64,000 bases of DNA from Octopus sinensis (GCF_006345805.1 NC_042998.1:179056001-179120000), one strand, 5' to 3'; numbered from the stretch's first letter, positions 12,800 through 25,629 are shown. Made by a program: numbers and translations. Notes: generated from the letters alone by a model not told the origin.

Positions 12800-13020
12800 A
12801 TGTGTGTGTGTATGTTTGTGTGTCTGTGTTTGTCCCTTAACATCGCTTGACAATCGATGCTGGTGTGTTTACGTCTCCGTAACTTAGCGGTTCGGCAAAA
12901 GAGACCGATAGAATAAGTACTAGGCTTCCAAAGAATAAGTCCAGGGTTCGATTTGCTCGACTAAAGGCGGTGCTCCAGCATGGCCGTAGTCAAATGACCG
13001 AAACAAGTAAAGAGAGTAAA
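12595..13020 (+). mobile_element. SINE family A, full length
   Basis: tggctgtgtggtaag head, internal (TA)n(TG)n, aacaagtaaagag tail. Confidence 0.88.
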
Positions 13021-13555
13021 CAATTTTGCAAAATAGTTAGCAACATGATTTCATAAACCGACAAACATTAATGTAGCTAACTAGCTAGATACAACGATAA
13101 GTTTAGATTGCCTTTAAAAGATACATGGATTTATAGGTAGTAAGCCAAAGAAACTAATGTTGTTCTGCGTCATTAAGATTTTATACGAATAGCTCAAATA
13201 CAGGAAAGAGCACGTTTAAAGCCTTAAAGGGGAGAGTCTAACATTTTAGGGCAGAACAACATTTCCGAAAGAGATGAAATGACAATAGGTATTAGGAGAG
13301 TAAAGGCACACTAGTTGATTCGTGACAAATGGTTGATTTGGATCAGACAGAGGTAGACTGCTAAATATTTACACACACACACAGACACACACACAAATTT
13401 TATCATCAAGCATGTAATCTGAAAAACTTAACCTTGGAAAATCTTAAACTTTTTAGCCCAATGTAAAGAATATTTGAGATCGTCATTCACAGAAACTACC
13501 ACATAAGAGATTTTAGAAATTTTAGGAATTCACCCGCATTCTAAAATATCCTAAA

Positions 13556-13723
13556 CAGGCATAGGCGCAGGCATAGGCTGTAGTTTGCTTACCAACCACA
13601 TGGTTCCGGGTTCAGTCCCACTGCGTGGCACCTTGGGCAAGTGTCTTCTACTATAGCCTCGGGCCGACCAAAGCCTTGTGAGTGAATTTGGTAGACGGAA
13701 TCTGAAGAAGCCTGTCTTATATA

Positions 13724-13762
<39 letters not shown>

Positions 13763-14060
13763 CTATAGTAGTGTTCAGATTTAAGTGGCATTCTGCCTTT
13801 CTCTGACTCCCTTGTTTGCACTTATATATATGTATATATATGGGTGTGTGTGTTTGTGTGTCTTTGTCTGTCCCCCCAACATCGCTTGACAACCGATGCT
13901 GGTGTTTTTACGTCACCGTAACTTAGCGGTTCGGCAAAAGAAACCGATAGAATAAGTACTAGGCTTACAAAGAATAAGTCCTGGGGTCGATTTGCTCGAC
14001 TAAAGGCGGTACTCCAGCATGGCCGCAGTCAAATGACTGAAACAAGTAAAAGAGTAAAGA
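13556..14060 (+). mobile_element. SINE family A with expanded internal region
   Basis: aggcgcagg head, B-box gggttcagtccc, two (TA)n tracts, aacaagtaaaagagtaaagag tail. Confidence 0.85.
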
Positions 14061-15324
14061 GGGTGTAAAACCGAACGTTTTTAGATTGTTAAAGTCAACT
14101 ACATTTCTTGAACCCATAAAAACACACACCGGAGATGAAAAATTTTTTTTATATCGGTCAAGTTTGTATTAGAAGATAATTATAATTTTGTATAATTTGC
14201 AAACAATATCAAATTTTTCGAAAATTACATTTTGCATGTTTCTCATATTAATTAGAAGCGGTATTGGCCTAATTAGGTTGCCTTGTGGAATTTCAGGTGT
14301 AATTGGCACTAGACTAGGGGAACAATCTTTAATGGAAATATATTGAACCATGCTAAAGGTTTACCGTCAAAATCCTGGTGATTTACAGATTTTTGAAAAA
14401 TAACGTTGGGTGGGATACACTGAACGGGTCTGCTAAATCCAAATACATAACACAAATATGGAAACCCTAATTAGTAACAGGGATCCATACGTTATAACAT
14501 AATAAAAAGTTGCGATACTGTAGTCCTTTTATTCCTACAGTCATCCTGAGGTTGAAAAATTAACTTCTTGCAATGCTTGTATTCAACCAATTTCTCTCAT
14601 CGGTTATTTTATTCATGGACATGACAAGTCAGATAAAGCGATTGGCAGACTCGTTAAAATGTTGGACAGTTTGCTTTACACTATTTAGTTATAGTTCTTT
14701 ACATTCTAAGTTCACATCACACCGAGATCAACATTTGCTTTCAATCCTCCGGGTCGATAAAATAAAATACCAGTCGAGTTATGGGATCGATGATAGAGGC
14801 TCTAAATTTTCAGATCTTGTATCTGTTAGAAGCAATTTTAAACTGAATCAGACAAGTCTGTTTTTTCGTGAATCGGATTTACTTTCGAAATCTTACGTAC
14901 CATTATTTTACTAGTTTGAGAAATTATTCTATACACATTAGTTAATGACTCATCAATATGACATGCAATATTTTTTTTGAAGAAAGGTTTGAAGAATATC
15001 GCCAATTCCAGCTGAAAATTTTAAAAGGTATTTTCAGAATATGTTCGTATACAGTACTGAAAAACATCACTTAAAGTTACAGCGTGATCAACAAAGTAAA
15101 ATCCATTATCAAATTAAAATCAGGAAAAAAAAAAAAAAAAAAACAGCAAAAAAACTTCAGTTCATCTCAATAAAGCCATCAAAATTTAGTTTGGAAACCA
15201 AAGAAGATATTGTTTATTATACAGTTAAATGTGATCTGTTATATTTCAGAAACAATTTATAGAATTTGACTCCAAAATATATTTTCCAGTTTTAGAATTA
15301 CTTTGGTGTTAAAATGGGAGCGTG

Positions 15325-15775
15325 ATTCTGTAGCTGTTGTAGGCCACTTAATTTCATTCAAAGCTTGCTTCCAAGCCACATGGTTCCAGGTTCAGTCCCA
15401 TTTCGTGGCACGTTGGGCAAGTGTCTTTTATTATAGCTTCGGGCCGACCAGAGGCTTGTCAGTAGATTTGGTAGACGGAAACTGAAAGAAGCTTGTCTTA
15501 TGTAAACGCACGCACACACACACACACACCCACACCCATATGCATATATATATATAAAGTGTGTGTGTCTTTGTGTCTGTGTTTATCCCCACCATCGCTT
15601 GACAGCCGGTGTTGGAGTGTTTATGTCTCCGTAACTTAGCGGTTCGGCAAAAGTGATCTATAGCATAAATACCAGACTTTAAAAAAAGTGCCGGGGTCAA
15701 TTTATTCAAATAAAAATTCTTGAAAGCGGTATCTCAGCATGGCTGCAATCAAATGACTGAAATAAGTAAAATATA
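15325..15775 (+). mobile_element. SINE family A, diverged
   Basis: ggttcagtccc B-box, gttgggcaagtgtctt core, internal (CA)n/(TA)n, tgactgaaataagtaaaa tail. Confidence 0.8.
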
Positions 15776-17904
15776 AAAAAAATATTGGGATTCCTTTTAA
15801 ATATTTTGTGTAATTTATCGAACTTTTTGTATCACTTTAAAGCACTTTTAGACAATTTATTATTACTCAGGGGAACATATGATTTGAGTTTCTTACTCAG
15901 AATTTAAAAAAAAACGATCAAATAATATATGAATTTGAGAGTTAATAATGTAATTTGTTTGTTCAATTTTAGATAAAAAAAAAATTTTAATGAATTAAAT
16001 AATCCCTTATGAATATTTCTGAAGAAAACATTTTTGCGCTTCTGAAGTAAAAATAATGATCATGAAAACGACGTAAACGAAAATGATCGGAACTGACAAA
16101 TGGTTAAGAAATGGATAATTCTAAAAGCGAGATCTGGCGCGTTTACTAAAACTAGATCTAAAATAATACATCGATATGAACAAGACTTAGAAGAAGCTGC
16201 TCGAAACCATTACTTAACTTATAGAAATAAAAACAGAACTTTTGTTCTTGTGTATTTCGAAAATCTCATCACAAACCAGGCGAGTTAAATCACTCATAAT
16301 AACATTTGGTACATTTTATTGACACTTATCAATATTTCAGATAATTCTTTCAATAACATTGTGTATATTCTTAGCAGGAGATCTACAGTATAGACTTATT
16401 CTTATAAGCATTTGGTTTGTTTACTTTAAATACCGAGTGTTTAAGTTAACTTTAAAATTAAATACTTCTTTAAAAAATTGTCGATGCATTTTGAATGTCA
16501 GTAATTAAACTGATTAGAAAAAAAAATCCTCGATTCACATCCCATCTGTCTTATCTGATTACACAATGTGTAAACAGTTGAATACATTCAGAAATCGAGG
16601 ATTACGGGATTGACTTAGAATTTGTATTGCACTGAAAGATTAAACTTGGAACTTTATTATCAATGCTTCTAGAATTAAAATAAATGATTCTAATAAAACA
16701 ATGCCGTCCAAAATGTTGTTTGCTGTTAAATTATTTCCCAAATCCTAGTTTTCAAATATGAGTTGATAAGAGCACCAGTTTTTACTGTACAGATAACAGT
16801 TTCATAATTTCGAATAACGATCCTGCCACCACCACAGTGATGTGCTTTTAATTCTTTATCATTTTGACGTTTGCAGAAAGCCATAAATTTATACACATAA
16901 AAGTTTCAAACACGAATTTACAAAATCCTATTCATGATGCATTAACAAAGAAACTTTTCTTAAAAATTCAGGTAGATTGTGCCAATTACTATCAGAAAAA
17001 CTACGTTTCTATAATGGGAAGATTACGTTGCGATGGAAAGCAGTCATAAAAACCAAGAGCAGTGGTCGAAAGATTTAATTCATCACACATTAATCTATAC
17101 TCATCACAATAATTATACACGCTAATCATATCAGAATTCGGCTTTTATCAAGCATAGGATCATTGTAATTTCAGTCAATCCCTAATTCTTTTTTGTGTTC
17201 CATTTTTCAATAAACCCCTCAGTTTCTTCAAAATCAATTGAGCAGCAGTTGAAGCCTTGTTTACTGTACCTCTGTAATAGTAACCTGGGTCACCTCATGA
17301 ACAATTTCATGTCAGCTTGGTACAGTGGACCAAATGGGCCCAGATTTATGACCGATCAAGTTCTCTGTATGCCTTTTCTGACCAATTTGTTTTTTGGAAC
17401 AAGCAAGAACTATTTTTTTAAAAGTCAACAAAATTATGGATAAGTGCCATAATGACCTTCCACCATGTCAAAGGATAGAGAGTAAACTCTGAGTTTGGTT
17501 TTTCAAAGTTCTCACCTTTTAAAAAAGACAACTCAAGAAAATCTAGTATTCACAAAACCAATAATCTACACAACTCCTCTTCTTTGATATCCGAATCAAC
17601 TTCAACGCTTCCTTGCAAACGATGAATTTATTTCATTATTAACACCATTTTTTATTCCAACCATGTTCAATTAGTCAGCCTGTGTTTTTCAACTGGTAAA
17701 AACTGTAATAAATTTGTATGCACACAGTAAGTGTGCTTTCTGCATAGGGTATCTATTATGCCCTTTGTGATAGTCAGAGCTGGTAAAACTTTGACCATAA
17801 GTTTGAAATTTGTGTCGTCAGAGCTTATTTGGGGTTTAAACATCAACAACACTAGACAAAAAAAAAAAAACAAAAAGAAAAAAAAGAATATGCAGGAAAC
17901 TCGT

Positions 17905-18540
17905 TAGAAACCAAGTTACTCGATATGCTAAGAATACAGAAAAAGAAAGAAAAGAAGAAGGAAGAAGAGGAGAAGAAGAAGAAGAAGAAGAAAAAGAAGA
18001 AGAAAAAGAAGAAGAAGAAGAAGAAGAAGAAGAAGAAGAAGAAGAAGAAGAAGAAGAAACCAAGTTATGCTAAGAATACAGAAAAAGAAGGAAAAGAAGA
18101 AGGAAGAACAGGAGAAGTAGAAGAAAAAGAAGAAGAAAAAGAAGAAGAAAAAGAAGAAGAAGAAGAAGAAGAAGAAGAAGAAGAAGAAGAAGAAGAAGAA
18201 ACCAAGTTATGCTAAGAATACAGAAAAAGAAGGAAAAGAAGAAGGAAGAAGAGGAGAAGAAGAAGAAGAAGAAGAAGAAAAAGAAGAAGAAGAAGAAGAA
18301 GAAGAAGAAGAAAGAAGAAGAAGAAGAAGAAAAAGAAGAAGAAGAAGAAACCAAGTTATGCTAAGAATACAGAAAAAGAAGGAAAAGAAGGAACAGAAGA
18401 AGGAAGAGAAGAAGAAGAAGAACAACAACAACAACAACAACAGCAACAAGAAGAAGAAGAACAAGAACAACAACAACAAAGCAACAAAAATAGCAACAAC
18501 AACAACAACACAAACAGCAGCAGTAATAATAACAACAAAA
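17905..18540 (+). repeat. Compound tandem repeat: constant anchor plus variable (GAA)n, four units
   Basis: aaaccaagttatgctaagaatacagaaaaagaa at ~17908 (variant), 18057, 18199 and 18347. The last unit decays into (CAA)n. Confidence 0.9.
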
Positions 18541-19799
18541 AACGAGTCAACAAGGAGGCCTCTATGTGGACACTCGATGTGTCAGAAACAGCAACCAAAT
18601 TTACCTGATATCATACCCCACTATATTAAAAATTGCAAAGGATTTATTGTATCAGGTAATCTTACTTTTACTGGACGAAATAAACATAGCTGGGAAACCT
18701 TTCTGCATAAAGCTTCAGATTTGGAGATACCTGGTGCAAAGCAACAACTACAACAAAACATGTAACTGCAAGCGGGAAACTCCAAGACACAAAATCTAAC
18801 GCCTTCCTCCAAAAGATAAAGATAAACAAAATTGCAACACATAAAAGAAGCAAATGTAAAATTCCATGACATAAAAGCAGACAATTCCCTCACAGAAACA
18901 CAAACAGAAAACAAATAACAGAATGACAATAGATGAAAAGCAAACAAACGAAAAACCTTGCCGTCAAAACTTCATGCGTCTGCTCATATAATCCAGAATA
19001 TATTAAACAACCGCTACTACGACGATGACTACGATATAAATTGATGGTAGAGTCAAGTGTTCCATAAGTTCCATTAACGTTCTGTTTCTTATGTTATAAT
19101 ATCTCTGTTTATACTTATCGAAATGAAGTACTACGTGTATTTATAAAGGTGATTAATGCACTTTACATGTCTCTCGATATCTTCTCTTTTGCTCGAATGT
19201 GCGTATGTGCGTATGCTATTTGCATAGATATGTCTGTAGATGTGTAAATATATATATAGGCTTTTGCGATTGTGTGGAAGGAAGAGGTCGAGAAAGAAGA
19301 AAGAAAACTTTTCAATGTTTATCTCTGTGCATACTTTTTCTTTATCTATGTGTATGTGGTAGTGCATGTAGCAGCTGATCAGCGTGTATGTCACAGCTTG
19401 TGCGGGTGCAATTATTTTTTAAGGAAGCGGGGTAATGTCCATGACTTTTGCGAAGTCAGTCTCACTGATGAAATTGATACAGCTAATGCGTATGTATGAG
19501 CGAGTTTGTTTTTTTGTTTGTAGGAGTTTGAAATTGTATCATGGATCATGTGACTCTCCCCTTGCCGAGTTAAGAAGTATTATGTATTCCAATAACCCCA
19601 CAATTAACCAACAAACGGTTAATTACACTTCGAATCTAAAATTTCTGAAGACTAACATGCAATAATATTTAGTGCCGATGATTACACAGTGTAATCCTTG
19701 TAATTTTTGTCCTTGGGTAGCAATGGTTATTTCCTATTTGCTTATCCCTAAAGAGTATGAAAAATGACTAATATTTCCTTCAAACTTTGCTTCTGTTGT

Positions 19800-19975
19800 A
19801 TTTATTCAAACCTCCAAAGAATCCCTCTCGACACATGGCTATGATACTCCCCCACTATTCTTGTTCATAATCGGAAATGTACATATTGTAGGCCACTCTG
19901 GAACATGGTCAAGTGGTTAAGGTCAAACAACTGATAAGCAAACCTGTGGTATTGAGCAGATTATTTGCTATAACG
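19800..19975. repeat. Partial copy of unclassified ~500 bp family D
   Basis: cctctcgacacatggctatgatactcccccactattc...ggtattgagcagattatttgcta matches 46380-46525 and 54295-54445. Confidence 0.75.
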
Positions 19976-20719
19976 ATATTTATACTTCAGCAACTCAACG
20001 CTGAATCTATCTGACATGTAATGGAAAATAGGCCAGTTTCAAAACATTGATGACCAGGTCGCAAAAACAAAATTTGAAGGGAATAGTTGTTATTTCATCT
20101 TATTTCTAGACAGAAGCAAATAGGAAATAACACTAGCCAAAGACAAATAAATAGATAAATAAATTCTGTTACACAGTGTTATTCAGTTTTCCAACAGCCA
20201 AATGTGTTTGCTCAATTGGATCCCATTCTTTTTACTACATTCAAAACAGACAAAATTATCCTTCTCGTGATTTCAGTACGAGAGTAGAACGAGACTACAG
20301 ATCATGGAAGGTGATCGCCACAAAGAAAGTTTAAGAAAATGCAGCACAAAGAGCCTTACTTCTTACCAAATACACCAAAGACAATCTGATCACCAACAAC
20401 ATCGTTTTTTGTAGAACAACTGAAAGTCTTCTGGCAACATACTCATTCAAGACACGGACACCTACTGAACTACTTCATTGTGAGATCTTGAGACTAATAC
20501 ACTGTACTGTGAAACCAAAATAGCCACAAATGAAGATAGCTGTTATATGCAGGCCTTCGTTTGATCTGTCTGAAGGTTTGATTGAACATCTGAGCCAAAA
20601 AGCATTTACCTCATCTACGGCCAGCCTTACATCTTTGATGTCGATGTAATCAATTATATCTGCCTCCATTGTTACAGATATTCGAATACATATATATATA
20701 TATATATAGATCAATAAAT

Positions 20720-21430
20720 GGTGGGGTTGTGTCAATATCCCTCCACCCTTATAGAGTATGGAATAAAACGCGCCAAAGAACTAGACAACACTACACTGAA
20801 AACCACCCAACCTAACACCACACACAACCTCAAAATACTTCCATACATTTCCACCACAACCCAAAATATCGAAGCATACACCACAATCATACAAAACCTC
20901 AGTCTACTGTCAACAGACCCAAAAATGAAAAACATTATAAATACACACAAAATCCTCAAATGCAAAAGGCAACACAAATCTTAAAAAAACTCTTGACAAA
21001 TGCCAAACTTCACACACCACATCCACCCCCAACAGTAAAAAAATGTGCACGCTCAAACTGTGGTACCTGCCCCTTTCTACTTGAAGGCTCTGATTTACCT
21101 TCAAACAAGGTACGAAGTTTAAAATCAAGACTAACTTCTCCTGTTCCTCCGAGAACCTTATCTACGTTCTCACATGCGCTGGTTGCCAACATAATTATGT
21201 TGGACAAACGAGTCTCCCGTTACGTAAACGAGTAACGGTGCATAAAGAACAAATAAATCTCCCGGAATACCGACAAATTCCACTGAGTGACCACTTAGAC
21301 TCATGTGCTAAAGACTTAAACCCCAAATTCTATATATTCCCCTTCTACCAATGTAAAGACGGGATCACCACACAGGAGAGAATTAACAAGGAGAATCTCT
21401 TTATTGAAAATTCCAAACACAACTTAATAT
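20720..21430 (+). pseudogene. Penelope-like retroelement 3' region with GIY-YIG endonuclease, frameshifted
   Basis: YPSTLIEYGIKRAKEL (thumb), KKCARSNCGTCPF linker; after a frameshift near 21100, FKIKTNFSCSSENLIYVLTCAGCQHNYVGQTSLPLRKRVTVHKEQI...ERINKENLFI. Confidence 0.9.
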
Positions 21431-22074
21431 GCAAACTCCTCGTTGATCAAACTTCCTTTCTCTACCTCACTTTTCATGGATGGACTAACACAAATATATA
21501 AAGATACCATGCATTCATCACTTCAAGCTAAAACTTATATTCTTTAAATATCATTTTTACTATTGTTGTTATTACTATCATTTTTATTATAAATGATATG
21601 ACATTTGAAATGCAATTGTCTATGCAGTTTATATTATTAGAAAATAAATATAAAGTGTTAAATCTGAAAGTTAAGTTAACAAGCAATTATAAAAAAGATA
21701 ATGCAAATGAAGCTAAAATGATAGTTTTATAATTTGGGTTTTATTGAAGAACTCAAAAGAGTTGTCTCCCCTTACTCACAACACAGACGAACTGAAGAAC
21801 CAGGACCACAATTACTACTACTTCCTGTCCTGCAAACATGCTGAATTTAACAACACAACACAAAACATGCTCTTAATCCCTTTGGATCTTAACACCTCAA
21901 GGTAATTTTCTCGTAAACAACCATAAAACTCAAGATACACAACGAACTCACAATGTATCGGAGAGCTTATTTTTTAATTTTTGTACATTTTTATCATTAT
22001 TCTTTTACAAAAAACAATGCAATTTTCTTTTTTTTCCCTTTCTAATTTAAAAAAAAAACTTCTTAAGACATAAA

Positions 22075-22115
22075 TATTCTTGACAAGTCATACAATGACG
22101 AAAACCGGTTGAATA
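22075..22115 (+). ncRNA. Degenerate minimal hammerhead ribozyme motif downstream of the PLE
   Basis: tattc-TTGACAA-gtca(tacaa)tgac-GAAA-accgg-TT-gaata: 5-bp helix I, 4-bp stem II, two core substitutions and one extra A. Confidence 0.55.
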
Positions 22116-22232
22116 AATATATATTTATATATTTTATCAATTTCTCATTTTATTAAAATTTCCTTTCATTTGAGCATTCTGCATTTAAAAAAAAATTTTT
22201 CCTTACTATATATATATATATATTTATATCTA

Positions 22233-22288
<56 letters not shown>

Positions 22289-22517
22289 ATATGTTTGTAG
22301 ATGTGTAAATAGCGTTTCATTAGCACATACCTTATGCAGAACTTACTTGCAGAATTGAGACGCACCTGATGCTGGTACTCGTTTTCAATGTGAACTGATG
22401 TGTCATGCATATGAACACAATGCACCATCCTACCTGGAGACCAAAACCATAAACATACGGTAGAATGCCCAACACTCTAACAACAAGGCCACATGCATAT
22501 AAATATATGTATGTATG

Positions 22518-22810
<293 letters not shown>

Positions 22811-23184
22811 ATATATGTTTATATATATGCATATGTTATTTATTATTAATATTATATATATAAATAATATATATATATATATATTATATATATATATAAA
22901 CATACATATATATATGTATATATACATACATACACACACACACACGTATATATATACATACAACGTATGGATGTTTAGTTTACAGGGGATCTAAACAATT
23001 AGGTATGCTAGGTAAGTGTTGTAACGGCTTACTAGAGCTCCAAGATTATAGCCGAGAAGGTAGTTATGGAGCCATTTCACATTTCCGACATAGCGGATAT
23101 ATAATTCCTAAAGAGGACAACAAACGTTAAGGCAAGGCAAACATCTCAAGTCATATACATTATTATTATTGCAAATAATTCAAA

Positions 23185-23240
23185 GTCTTACAGCTGTTTC
23201 TGGGATATCCTAGAGTATGGGATATTCCGTCATCGGAGAC
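23185..23240 (-). ncRNA. Minimal hammerhead-like ribozyme motif (CCGAUGA core)
   Basis: Minus strand: GTCT-CCGATGA-cggaatatcc(catactcta)ggatatccca-GAAA-CAGCTG-TA-AGAC. Palindromic stem III ACAGCTGT; helix I GTCT/AGAC. Confidence 0.65.
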
Positions 23241-23597
23241 AAATAGGGAAAATGCGAAGGGTATAGGTTAATAAAATGACAACATAGAGGACAGGAGTAA
23301 AAGAATAAGGAGATAAAGGAAGAGAAGGAAAAAGAAACATAAAAGTTCACAGTTCAACTTTCCGATGTTGTAGAAATAAGTCCATAAGTCCTTAGGTGCA
23401 ATCCAGCGTAGATCCATGTGAGTTAAAGTGCTGCTATTGTAAATATCCAGAAAAAAGACGCAAACAGATCAATGTTTAATAACAGAATGCTTCTTTTATG
23501 TTTCCTTTTTCTTCTCTCTCTTCATCTCCTTATTCTTTTACTCTCGCTCTCTATGTCGTCATTTCATTAATCTATCCCCTTCTCATTTTTCCCATTT

Positions 23598-23648
23598 GTC
23601 TCTGATAATAGATAATACTTCGGGATATCCCAGAAAAAGCTGTAAGAC
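23598..23648 (+). ncRNA. Degenerate hammerhead-like motif in the right arm
   Basis: GTCT-CTGATAA-...gggatatccca-GAAA-aagctg-TA-AGAC, with G8A and a broken stem III. Confidence 0.5.
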
Positions 23649-23724
23649 TGAATTTTTTGCAATAGTAATGTACATGACTTGAGATGTTTGTCTTGCCTTA
23701 ACGTTTGCTGTACTCTTTAATAAT

Positions 23725-23807
<83 letters not shown>

Positions 23808-23829
23808 CTTTACCATTTTATGTATGCTT

Positions 23830-24085
23830 ATATATATATAGGGAGAGTTTATGAAAAAAACAAAAGACGAAGACATGTGGTGTACAAAACAAACAGATGT
23901 ATTAGTATAACGTTCAGGAACAGAAAAAGTCTTTTACGTTTCGAGCCTACGCTTCTTCTACAGAAAGGGACACAGAAAAAAAAACAAGGATATATATATA
24001 TATCCTTGTTTTTTTTCTGTGTCCCTTTCTGTAGAAGAGCGTAGGCTCGAAACGTAAAACCCTTTTTATATTCCTGAGCGTTAAT
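23830..24085. repeat. Long palindrome (~85 bp arms) centred on a short (TA)n; family F
   Basis: ttttacgtttcgagcctacgcttcttctacagaaagggacacagaaaaaaaaacaagga-(ta)n-tccttgttttttttctgtgtccctttctgtagaagagcgtaggctcgaaacgtaaaa. Related to 43520-43705. Confidence 0.92.
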
Positions 24086-24111
24086 AACAGAATGCTAAAT
24101 ATATATAAATA

Positions 24112-24275
24112 AAATCCGGGCTAGTCAAGTCTGGAGAACGTGAAGGCTAGTTGACATTGCCGTAGCGGGAGATTATTCTCTCTCCAAAGCACTGCCGTAG
24201 CAACTGCATTGTTTCTCTTGTATGAGCAGTTGCCTCATCTTGCTGAAACTCATCAGTGACTTTTGGGACGCCCTG
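24112..24275 (-). mobile_element. Internally deleted Tc1/mariner element
   Basis: TA-flanked TIR-like start cagggcgtcccaaaagt joined to FQQDEATAHTRETMQLLRQCFGERIISRYGNVN*PSRSPDLT (QQDGA..WP.RSPDL motif). Confidence 0.85.
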
Positions 24276-24277
24276 TA

Positions 24278-24371
<94 letters not shown>

Positions 24372-24775
24372 TCACATTCTGATCGAAGATTTAGGTTAAC
24401 ATATTTAGCCGAGAGAATTGTGGTGACATATGGTCTGATTGTTTGTCGTATTAGCATTGTGTGACTGCGACGTTTTCTTTCTTTTGCGAGCGTTTCTGTT
24501 GTGTTTAGTTACGTGTCGTTGGTCGAGCTTATGTTGTGTGTATATGTGCGTGTGTGTGTGTCTATGTGGAATGTGAATCGATTAGCCTGTCGATATCTCT
24601 TTTTCAAAATATATGCATGCAAACTCACCAACAGGCACGTATGTATACATACATAAGCAAGAACAACGAAAGATCATATCTGATACACTCAACACCACGT
24701 AGAAGATCCCCAGATGTCCACCACATAGAAATAGTTTAAAAAATGTGCGCCTTTTGGCTTCAAAAAGCCCCTTAC

Positions 24776-24856
24776 TCAATAAATCTGGGAACTTATAGGA
24801 GATCTTAACAAAGAATTGCTGCTTCTTGCTCCAATACTTGAAGATTGTATCATCAG
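24776..24856 (-). CDS. Candidate 81-nt symmetric (phase 1-1) exon, unknown protein
   Basis: Acceptor ttaatctgttgaatcag|, donor TGA|gtaagg; reads x-DDTIFKYWSKKQQFFVKISYKFPDLL-x. No homologue recognised. Confidence 0.25.
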   Translation of the reverse strand: MMIQSSSIGARSSNSLLRSPISSQIY

Positions 24857-25473
24857 CTGATTCAACAGATTAACGCTTAACTATTCAGCACGAGCAGACT
24901 TACTCTCCTTTCCCTTTCCCTTTCAGATCACTGACATATTTCTTATCTCTAAAGTTTCTATCAGTTACACCGTGAATCTCTGCTAATGACTCACCATACC
25001 GTACAATAGTATTCTCTTATATACTTCTAAGTAGAGCACAAGACTCTTGCTCAGCGTGCTGTGTAATGACACTGAACTCGAAACCACGCTTTCTCGAAGC
25101 GAAATTCTTCACAACACAGCCATGCCTATCGGTATATATGTATATGTACCTGCCTGTGTGTGCGTGTTTGTATATACATAAATACACACACACATATATA
25201 TATATGTATATATACTTTGATACTTTGATAGGTTTCGGCCATTATTGGCCCAGGCCATGTCTAACTTAATAGCACCACCTGGTGAAGTCTTTCAAGTCAG
25301 AATTTGGGCACTATGGCCCACTCAAGTAGAGAGTTATTGTTTACAGAGACATATCCGGGTGTAGGGGGTTTATCCGGGATTTCTTGAAGGAATCTGTCCA
25401 AAGACTTCTTGAACCCTATAGGGTCAGTATATATATATATATGTATATAAATATATGTATACATATATATATA

Positions 25474-25538
<65 letters not shown>

Positions 25539-25629
25539 CATATATATATTTATATATATGTATATATGTATATACAAACACGCACACACAGGCATGTACA
25601 TATACACACACACACACACACATATATAT

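Larger units (their letters stand above)
23105..23725. repeat. Fold-back element with ~240 bp diverged arms and ~145 bp spacer; a hammerhead-like motif in each arm
   Basis: aacgttaaggcaaggcaaacatctcaagtcat...gtcttacagctgtttctgggatatcc versus ggatatcccagaaaaagctgtaagac...atgacttgagatgtttgtcttgccttaacgtt. Followed by (TA)n. Confidence 0.9.

Noticed and set aside
16100-16288. 62-aa ORF MVKKWIILKARSG...
   Set aside because: Short, no recognisable homology, no flanking support.
17836-18765. Poly-K/E and poly-S/L ORFs
   Set aside because: Derived from (GAA)n arrays; no supporting splice or domain evidence.
18566-18860. Possible GIY-YIG-like remnant (NSNQIYLISYP)
   Set aside because: The second half of the motif (Y.G.T) could not be found in any frame.
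24380-24530. CpG-enriched stretch after (CT)n(CA)n as a promoter or 5' UTR
   Set aside because: Composition alone is insufficient; no core promoter motif or linked exon could be established.
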